From: Octopus bimaculoides
Taxonomy: Eukaryota
NCBI RefSeq assembly: GCF_001194135.2
Contig: NC_068984.1
Coordinates: 124,843,362-124,884,951 of the forward strand
Reading direction: 5' to 3'
DNA length: 41,590 bases
The notes beneath the pieces are model-generated. The model was not told the origin of the DNA, searched no databases, and saw only the letters and a program-made list of their open reading frames with translations. How positions within the stretch are numbered: the stretch's first letter is position 1; every line of letters begins with the position of its first letter. The position numbers and the translations under genes are program-made. Positions 11,003 through 21,992 of this stretch are shown in pieces.

Positions 11003-12036
11003 CTTACCTGCTTTTCTTCATTGGAAGAAAAGCAGGTAAGAATTTCTTCCAATGACATACTATTTATTCTTTTTCTTTTGTCCTGACGTTTTATCATCTT
11101 CGTTCTATAGTGCGTCTTTATATGTCTGTTATTACCATATCGAAAGCACTCCATTTTCTTAAATGGACAATTTTTCCTCAGATGTATACCTCTACATGCA
11201 AAACATGGGCTTATTTCCTGACTATTTCGCACTTGTTTTACTTGGAAACAATCATTCCGTTCGATTTCCTCTGTATCGTGTCTTAATTTGACTATCCTTT
11301 CACATTCTTCTGACACTTGCTGTAGAGTTACATCCTGGTTTTCTTTCAGCTCAGCGAGAATTCTAGTTCTTACTTCTGCGTTTGTTTCCTCAGTTTGTCT
11401 CTGTGTAAAAATCAGGCATTTGAATATATCTGACGTTAATTCATCCAGCTTAAACTTCTCGCATTCTTTGTTTACTCTACCAGCATATGTGACGTAGTCC
11501 TCGTCGTTGTTTTTCTCTATGTTCAGACACTTCCAACGTGTGTTGAACAGTTAACTTTTTCCATTGAAAATTTCACACAATGTATCTATTGTGTCATTAA
11601 AGTTTATGTCCGAAGGTTTTCTTGGGAGTACATAATTACTGTAACGCTCATGTTCTGTGGCCCCAGTCTTCTTAAAATGAAGCGCATTTTCATCTCGTCG
11701 TCCCAATCTTTACATTCTTTATCGAATATTTGCTCATAACTTCTGTAGTATGCCTCGAAGTTAAGTCCTTCGTCTGGCTCATATTTGAACTCTGTTATCG
11801 AGTTCGCGACATTGTCTGGCGAGAACACTTTTTCTGACTTCCCTGACAACTTCAGTAATTGCAGCATTTGTTGCTGTAATATTATTTGTTGTTGCCTCTG
11901 TTGTTGCTCTTGCAGTTGTATCTGCTGGTGTTGTTGTTGCTTCAGCTGTTGTTCTTGAAGTTGTAGCTGCTTCTGTTATTGTTCTTTCAGTTGCTGTTTT
12001 TGAATCTTGAGCAAACCAACCAACAAATTTTTCCAA
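11003..12036 (-). pseudogene. Decayed gag of a Ty3/Gypsy (Mag-like) LTR retrotransposon
   Basis: Manual translation gives a Gln-rich N-terminus, then ...VANSITEFKYEPDEGLNFEAYYRSYEQIFDKECKDWDDEMKMRFILRRLGP, a frameshift near 11660, then EHERYSNYVLPRKPSDINF...LFNTRWKCLN...FKLDELTSDIFKCLIF. A Cx2Cx3Hx4C knuckle (CFACRGIHLRKNC) lies at 11205-11167 and a second, decayed knuckle (CFRYGNNRHIKTHY) at 11148-11107. In-frame stops at 11978-11976 and 11553-11551. No pol follows. The Mag-like call is from recall of the capsid and double-knuckle architecture. Confidence 0.88.
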
Positions 12037-12112
12037 AATTTTACGATATTTTTCGTAAAATTCGCTCAACAAAAGCTTTTGTGAGTTTGTTAAGTCCTCG
12101 TGAGTCGTTTAA

Positions 12113-12125
12113 ATCCTCGTCGCCA
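12113..12125 (-). promoter_or_regulatory. Primer-binding site complementary to the 3' end of tRNA-Ser(GCU)
   Basis: Minus strand TGGCGACGAGGAT lies 1 nt after a ...GCAACA LTR end. The plus strand ATCCTCGTCGCCA equals the 3' end of metazoan tRNA-Ser(GCU) including CCA, as I recall it. Confidence 0.85.
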
Positions 12126-12126
12126 C

Positions 12127-12330
12127 TGTTGCAATCCTTAAAACGTTGGATTGTTGTAACGCCTACTTCAATATACATATACTTAGTAAAACCAGCAAAG
12201 GCAAAACTATCTATCTCCGTCCGCTACGTACTCTGGTACTTCACGTACTTCTCTTTACTTATAGTGACTAAGTTATTCCATTCGTCACGTGGGAGGGCTG
12301 TACCATTATTACTAATTCCCTACAACTTGT
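12127..12330 (-). mobile_element. Putative 5' LTR (~200 bp) of the Gypsy element
   Basis: Ends ...TTGCAACA directly before the PBS. Candidate start (A)GTTGTAGGG at ~12327 or TGTATAC at 12335; TATAAG box inside on the minus strand. No second LTR in the window, so the outer boundary is uncertain. Confidence 0.6.
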
Positions 12331-12345
12331 ATACAAATTTCACAA

Positions 12346-12371
12346 GCAGTAGTAGTAGTAGTGACCTTAGC

Positions 12372-12402
<31 letters not shown>
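12346..12402. repeat. (AGT)n microsatellite
   Basis: Directly visible. Confidence 0.9.
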
Positions 12403-13709
12403 CTTGCAGTGGATCCTGTTCAAAACGGGGGCACCAGTATTTTCTTAACGAAACACTTTGAAACTTGGGACACAGGTAGAATGTGTCATATAAAACATCT
12501 TTTACTCTTAGTCTTCTTAACAAAAAAAACGTACATCGCAAGTTATTCCATGTTAAAGTTGTCGTATTTCTGTAATTTCAACCAATCACTGACGTCTATT
12601 CAGCTGAATAGAGTTACTGCTGGGCGGTCATAAAAATGTTATTCCCTGTGACATATTTCATCCGGTTTAATCGTAATTTATACGCATATATTGTTTATAT
12701 AATAAATTACNNNNNNNNNNNNNNNNNNNNNNNNNNNNNNNNNNNNNNNNNNNNNNNNNNNNNNNNNNNNNNNNNNNNNNNNNNNNNNNNNNNNNNNNNN
12801 NNNNNNNNNNNNNNNNNNNNNNNNNNNNNNNNNNNNNNNNNNNNNNNNNNNNNNNNNNNNNNNNNNNNNNNNNNNNNNNNNNNNNNNNNNNNNNNNNNNN
12901 NNNNNNNNNNNNNNNNNNNNNNNNNNNNNNNNNNNNNNNNNNNNNNNNNNNNNNNNNNNNNNNNNNNNNNNNNNNNNNNNNNNNNNNNNNNNNNNNNNNN
13001 NNNNNNNNNNNNNNNNNNNNNNNNNNNNNNNNNNNNNNNNNNNNNNNNNNNNNNNNNNNNNNNNNNNNNNNNNNNNNNNNNNNNNNNNNNNNNNNNNNNN
13101 NNNNNNNNNNNNNNNNNNTAGTAGTAGTGATAATTTTGCGATGCGGGGTTCTAACATAATGTTTTGATCTTATATTAAATATTTCTAAGTATCCTCCCTC
13201 CACATCCTTCTCCCTTTCATTCATGCTTAACCCCATTCAACCTGTGTATGTTTGGGTACGTGTATTTGTGTGTGTGTGTGTGTGTGTGTATGTGTGTGTG
13301 TGTGTGTGTGTGCGTGCGTGTTGGGGCTGAGGTTTAGGTATGGGCCGTAGTAGGTCGAGGTTTTGGCAGGTAACTGAGGTAACCCGATCCGATTGTCTGT
13401 GGACTGGCAGACAGAACTGAGTCAGGCGCGCGCGTGTGGCGAGGGGAAGTGTGAAGTTGGGGGAGGGCAGAGTCAAGAAAAGTGGCCGGAAATATTTAGA
13501 CATGTCCACATTGCGGTTCAGCGATGTCTAGTAAGAACCTAATGAGGTGCCAATGATGTGAAGAGGGCGGGGAGGTGAAAGATGAGAGGGGTGAAAGGGA
13601 GATGAAGGAGGTGGAGTTAAATTGAGTGACAGAAAGTCAGAATAAAAGATTAAGTCTCATGTACGAGCGAAGGCAAACTGGAAAGAATGCTGCAGCTAGG
13701 ACACGCTTT

Positions 13710-13880
13710 CACTCTTGTCGGTTTCAGTCTCTGCACTACGGCGATGCTGGAGTACATCCCCCAAGTACTGATTAATCGAACAAAGACTGCTATTTAAGTC
13801 TGGTTCTATCAGTTTCTTGCCGAACCAATAAGTTAGGGCAACGAAAGCAAACCAACACGGCTTCTCAAGCGGTTTGAGAT
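13710..13880 (-). mobile_element. SINE A 3' half, strongly diverged
   Basis: GTTTCAGTC ... GGCGATGCTGGAG ... TTGCCGAACC ... TCAAGCGGT in A-family order. Confidence 0.6.
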
Positions 13881-13938
13881 AAGCGTAAGCACATACACAC
13901 ATATACATACATATATTAAATGAATGCATATATATATA

Positions 13939-14310
13939 TCAGAGTTCAAATTACGCCGAAGTCGGCTTTGCTTTTCATCCTTTTGGGGTCGATAAAGTAA
14001 ATACCAGTTGAGCATTGGGATCGATGTAATCGACTCAGCCATTCTCTTGAACTTGCTGGCCTTGTGCCAAAATTTGAAATCAATGTGGCACAAGTTTAAG
14101 GCGGCGATCTGGCAGAATCATTACTGCGCCGGGTAAAATTCTTGACAGCATTTTGTCTGTCCTTACGTTCGGAGTTGAAATTCTGACGAAGTCGACTATG
14201 TCTTTCATTCACTTGGATTTGATGAAATAAGTACCAGTTGAGCATTAAGGTCGATACAATCGACTTATCTCCTCTCCTAAACTTGCTGGCCTTGTGTCAA
14301 AATTTGAAAC
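13939..14310 (+). mobile_element. Two tandem SINE B copies (13939-14083 is 5'-truncated; 14098-14310)
   Basis: GAGTTCAAATTACGCCG and AAGGCGGCGATCTGGCAGAATC heads; both end in CTTGCTGGCCTTGTGyCAAAATTTGAAA. Confidence 0.85.
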
Positions 14311-14408
14311 TTATATAACTAACGCCAACAGTTTTTAGACTGATGTAACTATGAACACTGATGTGAACACACACACACACGCTTGTGTGCAGGAGACGAA
14401 GAAACATG

Positions 14409-14810
14409 ATATGGAACAAGTGAGATGTCAGACAGCTATTCAAAGTTAATCTGTACAACGCCCAGATTTTCCCAGTGGCAACCTACACTTCGAAGCACGG
14501 ACCCTAAGAGTCTGAAGATAAATACAGCTTAGAAGACTTAGAAATGTGGTATTTACGGTCAATATTAGAATATCATTACAACCTAAGCTTAGAAGCATTT
14601 CCATAGGAAATACTTTTCAAATGACATGCAGCATTACTGAGGTGATACGAAGGAATAAAATGAAATAGTTCGACATGGAATACTACCTAATAGCTACGTA
14701 ATGCTAGCATTCCGACCAGACGCTGGATTGTCGTTTGCAAAAGTTGAGAGCGAAAGTTCCGATCTGTCAAGAAAGAACAAGAAATCGGAAGGGAATGATT
14801 GACGAAAACG
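14409..14810 (+). pseudogene. RTE-clade LINE ORF remnant (region after the RT core)
   Basis: Reads IWNK*DVRQLFKVNLYNAQIFPVATYTS...LEDLEMWYLRSILE and later ITEVIRRNKMK*F. This matches the RTE pattern K..LYNA.I.P..TY.SETW...FEMWCLR.IL...I...RRL.WFGH. Confidence 0.72.
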
Positions 14811-14926
14811 TAAGCCAAAATTTGACAGTTTGTATAAGAGGAAAAGAAGACAATATCTCGTTCAAAAATAACAGAATTTTAAAATATCAGAAAAAGTTAA
14901 TTAGATTCTGGCTGGGAGATGTCATT

Positions 14927-15370
14927 TTATTCAAAGTAGGTTCCTTCAGCTTCCACCACAGCCTCAAGACGGCTCCGGAACCTGGCGCATTCGTTCCTCA
15001 CCGTGTCCTTGGGAGGATTTTCGAACACTTCCTCGGTCTTGATCATCAACTCAACCTTGGTGTTGCATGCTGAGCGGGTGGTGCTCCACACATAATAATC
15101 CATGAGACTGGGAAACAGTGGAGGAAATTCGGAGGCCAGAAATTGGTGCTAGTGAAACCGTAGAAATTCTTTGACAACCACTTCTGACTCTTTCTGGGAG
15201 TATAGCAAAGAAACTAATCCTGCTGTCACACATGACCTTCCAGCAGTAAACCTTTCCGACCAGAGTTTAACCACAATCTCCAGTATATTCACATAGCCAT
15301 CTGAATTGGACCTAATGCTCCGTTTAAATATGTGAGGCGGCATGATATTACACTGTTCATCATCGATGTT
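14927..15370 (-). pseudogene. Tc1/mariner transposase C-terminal fragment (DD37D/maT-like)
   Basis: MPPHIF...NSDGYVNILEIVVKLW, then V*QQD (15225-15217)...RKSQKWLSKNF...NFWPPN, MDYYVW, and ...ARFRSRLEAVVEAEGTYFE* (stop 14929-14927), with frameshifts. The second-to-third Asp spacing fits 37 if the frameshift near 15105 is corrected. Confidence 0.85.
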
Positions 15371-15434
15371 TTACTTTGCCTGTTTATACCTGCTTAAAAT
15401 TTTACCTGACGATGATGGATTTAAGCTATGACGT

Positions 15435-15436
<2 letters not shown>

Positions 15437-15492
<56 letters not shown>

Positions 15493-15608
15493 TATACATA
15501 ATATACACTTTGCCCTTCATCATTTCGGGGTCGATAAATTAAGTACCAGTTGTAATCGATTAGCTCCCCTCCCCCAAAATTTCAGGCATTTTGCCTATAG
15601 CAGAAAGG

Positions 15609-15664
<56 letters not shown>

Positions 15665-15911
15665 TGATAGGGCGGTAAGCTGGTAGACTTGTCTTTCATC
15701 CTTTCGGTGTTGACAAAATAAGTACCACTCGTGTACTGGAGTCGATCTAATCGATTGGCCCCTTCCCTCAAAATTTTGGGCCTTGTGCCTAGAGTAGACA
15801 AGATTATTTATTATTATTGTACCTTTTCGGACAAAACCTTTTCTAACCTTCGTCCTGTCTTTGTCCTTAAATGTTTTTGATATTAGCCCTTGTGGCCAAT
15901 AAAACGAATTA

Positions 15912-15964
<53 letters not shown>

Positions 15965-16012
15965 CATTATTATCATCATTATCATTATTATCATTATTAT
16001 TATTATTATTAA

Positions 16013-16070
<58 letters not shown>
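15437..16070. repeat. (TAA)n and (TTA/TCA)n microsatellites interleaved with two SINE B 3' fragments (15507-15608, 15668-15800, plus strand)
   Basis: Directly visible; the B tails end GTAGAAAGG or GTAGACAAG and run into (ATT)n. Confidence 0.85.
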
Positions 16071-16344
16071 GTGTTTAAGTCCATGGAGTCGTGGGTCGGT
16101 TAGTGCGGTAGAGTGCGGTGGGGTTCCGTGCTGTCAGCGCCTGTTTGGCCTGAACTTCACAATGCAGCAGATTTTCTGATCTTCCTTCACGAGAAACAGT
16201 TATTTCTGACAGTAGTGCTAAGGCAGAACTTCCAGAAATTTCGGTACAAAAGGAGTTGGCAGTTCAGTTGGAAACGATTTGTGTCAGTTATATTAGATTA
16301 GGGTGGGAACGGACTAGGTTCCCATTAACATTGAATGAGGCAGA

Positions 16345-16551
16345 CATTAATACACACATACACACATATACACACACACATACAAACAAACAACCATACA
16401 CACTTAGACTGACTCATGCAAATGTATTTTATACACATATACACACATTTATTGCTTATGCTATTAATTTACATGAACAATTGTACATACATATTAAGTG
16501 TGAATACATATATATATACACACGCAAACCACACAAAACACACACAGGCAC

Positions 16552-16584
<33 letters not shown>

Positions 16585-16760
16585 TACGTAGATGCATATA
16601 TATATACATACATATTTACATACATATATACATAAACATGTATGTATATATACAAATATATGTGTGTGTGTATGTATGTATGTACGTATATACCCGTGTA
16701 TGTATGTGATGTGTTGTGTACATATATAGATACACACAGATGTATATCTGCGTTTGCATA

Positions 16761-16801
<41 letters not shown>

Positions 16802-17042
16802 NNNNNNNNNNNNNNNNNNNNNNNNNNNNNNNNNNNNNNNNNNNNNNNNNNNNNNNNNNNNNNNNNNNNNNNNNNNNNNNNNNNNNNNNNNNNNNNNNNN
16901 NNNNNNNNNNNNNNNNNTTATACATTAGTATGCTTGTATTTATTCCTACGTATACGCATATATGTATATAAATACATATATATATATGTATATATGAATA
17001 TATATATACTCATACATACATACATGTACATGTGTGTGTGTT

Positions 17043-17087
<45 letters not shown>

Positions 17088-17120
17088 GTGTGTGTGTGTG
17101 CGTGCGTGTGAGAGAGAGTG
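16345..17120. repeat. Degenerate (CA)/(TA)/(TG) microsatellite field with gap 16802-16917
   Basis: Directly visible. Confidence 0.9.
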
Positions 17121-17570
17121 TGAGTTTGCTCGAAGTAAGAATGCTTAAAGTGCAGATATACAAATCATGCAACGCAAGTACCAACGTTCGCGAACAGTCA
17201 CTTACAACATATACCCACAACATATCCGCCAGCGTGTATATGTATGTCTATGGGTGTAAACACCAAATATTTGTTGTGGTGTTAAAGTACAACTAAATAT
17301 TTTTAGTGCTCCTGTTACAGTACAACTGTGTTGATTCCATAAAAAGAGACAACCACTAACACATTCTCTTATATAATTTCCAGCTGCGGCCATGACAACA
17401 GCGACAGCAACTGAAAAAGTTGCCTAACAAGGAGAACTTCGGTGAGATTTTTCCTGACTTTACCAGAAGTTGCATCCAAATTCTCCTCCATTCCTCCACC
17501 GAAACCAAACCTTTAATACTATAAGAGTGATTAATATATACATATATATATATATGTATGTATGTATATA

Positions 17571-17697
17571 CAGGGTGCCCACAAAATCTGGGTACATGAG
17601 GATTAACACATACTTTAAGAAAATATTATTTCTTATATTTAATTGTTTATATTATGATTTTATTTCCTCCATGTACCCAGACCTTGTGGACACCCTG
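17571..17697. mobile_element. 127-bp Tc1/mariner-type MITE with 28-bp TIRs and TA target duplication
   Basis: Left end CAGGGTGCCCACAAAATCTGGGTACATG; right end reverse-complemented CAGGGTGTCCACAAGGTCTGGGTACATG (25/28). TA at 17569-17570 and 17698-17699; AT-rich interior. Confidence 0.93.
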
Positions 17698-17724
17698 TAT
17701 ATCTTTATTTATTTATATATTCTT

Positions 17725-17766
17725 TCATTCCTATACTTGTTTTAGTCATTTGATAGCGGTCATGCT
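17725..17766 (-). mobile_element. SINE A 3' end running into a gap
   Basis: ACTTGTTTTAGTCATTTGATAGCGGTCATGCT. Confidence 0.6.
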
Positions 17767-18351
17767 NNNNNNNNNNNNNNNNNNNNNNNNNNNNNNNNNN
17801 NNNNNNNNNNNNNNNNNNNNNNNNNNNNNNNNNNNNNNNNNNNNNNNNNNNNNNNNNNNNNNNNNNNNNNNNNNNNNNNNNNNNNNNNNNNNNNNNNNNN
17901 NNNNNNNNNNNNNNNNNNNNNNNNNNNNNNNNNNNNNNNNNNNNNNNNNNNNNNNNNNNNNNNNNNNNNNNNNNNNNNNNNNNNNNNNNNNNNNNNNNNN
18001 NNNNNNNNNNNNNNNNNNNNNNNNNNNNNNNNNNNNNNNNNNNNNNNNNNNNNNNNNNNNNNNNNNNNNNNNNNNNNNNNNNNNNNNNNNNNNNNNNNNN
18101 NNNNNNNNNNNNNNNNNNNNNNNNNNNNNNNNNNNNNNNNNNNNNNNNNNNNNNNNNNNNNNNNNNNNNNNNNNNNNNNNNNNNNNNNNNNNNNNNNNNN
18201 NNNNNNNNNNNNNNNNNNNNNNNNNNNNNNNNNNNNNNNNNNNNNNNNNNNNNNNNNNNNNNNNNNNNNNNNNNNNNNNNNNNNNNNNNNNNNNNNNNNN
18301 NNNNNNNNNNNNNNNNNNNNNNNNNNNNNNNNNNNNNNNNNNNNNNNNNNN

Positions 18352-18383
<32 letters not shown>

Positions 18384-18392
18384 ATATATACG

Positions 18393-18778
18393 CGCAGGTG
18401 TGGTTGCGTTGTCAGAAGTTTGCATCTTAACCACATGGATTCGAGTTCAGTTCCACTTCTTGGCACCTTGCGCATGTGTCTTCTATAATAGCCCTAGAAC
18501 GAGAGAAAAACAAATGGAAAACAAGGCAAGTAACATAAAAAAACGTCCCTTCATCAGTTGTCAGGCTGTCCTTCTACTCCTTTGCTCGAAATACCGCTTG
18601 AAACCGGTATTGTTGTTTTCACCTTCTTGTAACTATAGTGGTTCGGTAAAATAAACAGATTGAACATGCTTTGAAAGAAAACGAAGTATTGGGGTCGATT
18701 GTTTCGACTAAAATTCTTCAAGGTGTTTGTCCCACAATGGGCGCAGTCTAGTGACTGAAACAAGTAAAAGAAATAAGA
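18393..18778 (+). mobile_element. SINE family A, diverged
   Basis: Head GCAGGTGTGGTTGCGTTG...AACCACATGG...GAGTTCAGTTCC; tail GGGGTCGATTGTTTCGACT ... GACTGAAACAAGTAAAAGA. Confidence 0.8.
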
Positions 18779-18819
18779 TATATTAGATATTTTATTTCTT
18801 CATTTATCTTAACTTTTGA

Positions 18820-19560
18820 TGCTTAGGTTTCATAAGGCCAGTTACTTGGTTTCTATTGCGTATAAGTGACCGGATTCGTAACGTTCTTCTGAAGAACGGG
18901 ACGGACACTGGTCCGTCGCAGGGTTCAAGGCTCGCAAATTTGAGGGTAGGAGAGAAGTAGATTACATCGACATCAGTTTTTGACTAGTTCTTAATTTTAT
19001 TAACCCCTAACGGATGAAAGCCTAAAAAGGATCTCAGTAGGCTCTAAACTCAGAATATAAAGAGCCGGATGAAATGCCGCCAAGCATTTTGTCCAACGTA
19101 TTAACAATTCTGCCAGCATGCCGCCTTAACAGTGTTAACAGTAGTAATTGTTTCAACTTTTGGTTCAAGGAAGCGAAAGCCGAATACATTGATAACGGTA
19201 CTCAACTGGTTCTTATTTTATCGACATCGAAAGGATGAAAAAAAAAAAAGAAAAGAAAAAGAATCGATTTCGGCGGAATTTGAACTCAGAACATCAAACC
19301 TTAAAGAGTTGCGTTAAGCATTTTGCTCGATAGGAAGATGATTCAGCTAGCTCGTCGCCTAATGATAGCAAAACAATAATAGGGATTATCTCTACTCTCG
19401 GCATAAAAACAATAATCTTATGGAATGTGGTCGCGTCGATACTTTGCTTCCAAAAGCTAGACAGGTACATAATGTTATCGACCCTGGAGGGGGCGAAAAG
19501 CTAAGCTGATCTTGGCAGGATTTGAACTGAGAACGTAAAAATATTGGATTTAATAATGAT
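18820..19560 (-). mobile_element. Cluster of three head-to-tail, diverged SINE B copies
   Basis: Copies at ~18820-19135, ~19185-19360 and ~19385-19560, each with a reverse-complemented B box (GAATTTGAACT or similar). Confidence 0.7.
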
Positions 19561-20044
19561 GTAAGGAATATTTTTCCTGCATATGTGAACCGTCGATTGT
19601 ACCAACCTCAGTATTTAAATGATCATTTATTTATTGACAAAATTTCGAGAATTATGAAATAATTGTAAAAATATTGATTTACATTGAAATGGATCTTTGT
19701 CGATTTCAACGATGATTGTACGAACTGTTAGGTCAATGAAACAGTTAACTCCTGCAATTATTTTATAAGCGGTTGATTATTCCGCAAACATTTGTGTTAC
19801 TAATGTAATTCTCAGGACAAAATCAGCGTGGCAACAAGGCTGTGCTTTTGAATTACGAACAGAGTCCATTTGACAGGCTTCCAAAATTTCTGTGAACCCA
19901 ATTTCACTAAGAAGGCATGGATAAAAAGAGTTGTAAATGAGATGACGCGCGGTCAGATCGAAACAGGAGATTCAAGATTGCGAAGCAAGCTCCTTAAGCA
20001 TTCGACTGAATACGTTCACTATATTTTATCGTTCATCTTTTACG

Positions 20045-20225
20045 TGTTTCTGTCATTGGACTACGGCCATGCTGGGCCAACGCCTAGAAGTGTTCTGTCG
20101 AGCAAATTGATCCTAGTACTTACTTTGAATTTGGTACGGATTCTATCGCTCTGATTTGCTGAACCGCTAATAAATCAATTATAGTTGTCACTCGGTGAGG
20201 AGACGAACACAACCACAAAGACATG
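20045..20225 (-). mobile_element. SINE A 3' half, diverged
   Basis: GTCATTGGACTACGGCCATGCTGG ... GTCGAGCAAATTGATC ... GCTGAACCGCTAA. Confidence 0.65.
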
Positions 20226-20241
20226 CTCACGCACTCTCGCG

Positions 20242-20365
20242 TGCATATGTATGTATGGATGGATGTATGCATGTATGTATGGATGGATGGATGGATGGAT
20301 GCATGTATGTATGTACGTACGTACGTATGGATGGATGGATGGATGGATGGATGGATGGATGGATA
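20242..20365. repeat. (GTAT)n/(GGAT)n tetranucleotide microsatellite
   Basis: Directly visible. Confidence 0.93.
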
Positions 20366-20830
20366 TACTTGATCTTGATAAGCTACTATAATGGCGAAAT
20401 ATCGGTGTCATTCCTGAAGCGAGTTGTTTCAGTTTTCTTAACACACAGCTTTATGAGGGAATCGTCCCGAGGCTCTATACCACTGCGAATCCGGCGAACA
20501 CATATACTGATCATGTGCGGTTTCGTTTTCCTGTCTTGGTCTCTGTCCGCCACTACATTCCTCCATGGTACAAATTTAAGTTGTGGTCCGTGGGAAGAGC
20601 CATTCTAACGATGCGTCCTGCCCTAACTCTTCGAAACGCTTAGTTTTAGAATGGTGGCAGCTGTACTCAGATATGCATCTATATATACACGTAGATGTAG
20701 GTATGTACATACATGTACATATATATATGCATATACTCATTTATTATTTGTATTATATATATATATATATATATNNNNNNNNNNNNNNNNNNNNNNNNNN
20801 NNNNNNNNNNNNNNNNNNNNNNNNNNNNNN

Positions 20831-20869
<39 letters not shown>

Positions 20870-20873
<4 letters not shown>

Positions 20874-21032
20874 AGGACCTTCCACAAAGTTTCCGTCTAC
20901 CAAATTCAATCACAAAAAATTGGTCGTTTGGCACGACAACACAAAAAGCTTGCTCAAGGTGCTGCACAGTAGGATTGAACTCGAAACCATATTGTTGCGA
21001 ATGAACTTCTTAAGTACACATTCATGCCTGCA
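20870..21032 (-). mobile_element. SINE A 5' half (variant)
   Basis: AGTTTCCGTCTACCAAAT ... GCTCAAGGTGCTGCACAGTAGGATTGAACTCG. Confidence 0.7.
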
Positions 21033-21169
21033 CAACTACTGGATTATAATTTCAAGAAATGGATCTCCATTTGCTTCGGCGGATTTATTCCTTTGTTCGA
21101 TCAACTAGTGTATCTGCGCTGTGAATTAGTGTTTAAGCGAGTTAGTTATCTACAGACATATTTGTTTTC

Positions 21170-21470
21170 CCGAGTTCTAGGACTCATAAAGCTGGTTACC
21201 CGCTTTCCACGGAGTATAAGTGACCGAGGCCAAAACATGACATTCTTACTGAGACGCCGGCACGTTGGAGGGTACAAGGCCAGCAATTTCGAAGCAAGAG
21301 GACAAAACCATTATATCTTCCCCCAGCACTTGACTGGTACTTTACTTTATCGACCCCAAAGGAATGAAAGGCGAAGTTGACTTCGGTGGGTATTTGAATT
21401 CCGGACGTAAAGACCCGGAAGAAATGCCGCCAATCATTTTGTCCGATGTGCCAACGATTCTGCCCAGCCG
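21170..21470 (-). mobile_element. SINE with B head and body plus an extended 3' module
   Basis: ATCGACCCCAAAGGAATGAAAGGCGAAGTTGAC body; the left part shares ACTCATAAAGCT...GTATAAGTGACC with 18820-18910. Confidence 0.7.
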
Positions 21471-21654
21471 GCTGACTACTAGGATGTATACTCTTAACGT
21501 AATCCACAGTTAGAATACCGCAATGAAGTGTATGAAACAGCTAGTCTTTTGAATTTCAGGTACAGTTCATCCAACGGACTTTTGCCTCTCCTATTTCACT
21601 TTGAAAAATTGGTAAGCAGTAGTAACAAAAATTGGTAAGCAGTAGTAACAACAA

Positions 21655-21955
21655 GAGCTGCACTGGTTGCGACAACGTGGGCTCCAGTTGATCCGATCAA
21701 CGGAACAGCCTGCTTATGAAATGAACGTACAATTGGTTGAGTACTCCTCAGAAACGTGTATTCTTAACGTAATTCTCAGAGAGATTCAGCGTGACACAGA
21801 ACGTGACACGGCCGGCCTTTTAGAAATACAGGTACTACTCATTTTTGTCAGCTGAGTGGACTGGAATCAACATGAAATAAAGTATCCTGGAATCGAACTC
21901 ATGACCTTGTGATCGTGAGCCGAATACCCTAACCACCAAGCCACGGGCCTTCCAC
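21655..21955 (-). mobile_element. D-type tRNA-derived SINE, internally deleted variant
   Basis: Head (minus strand) GAAGGCCCGTGGCTTGGTGGTTAGGG...GAGTTCGATTCC; the 3' part CCAGTTGATCCGATCAACGGAACAGCCTGC is identical to the stretch at ~2856-2886. Confidence 0.85.
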
Positions 21956-21992
21956 AACGAGACCACTTCAGCATTAATACTAACACCGCTAA

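Noticed and set aside
11779-12072. Thr/Ala-rich mucin-like 97-aa ORF
   Set aside because: It is the shifted reading frame of the Gln-rich gag N-terminus.
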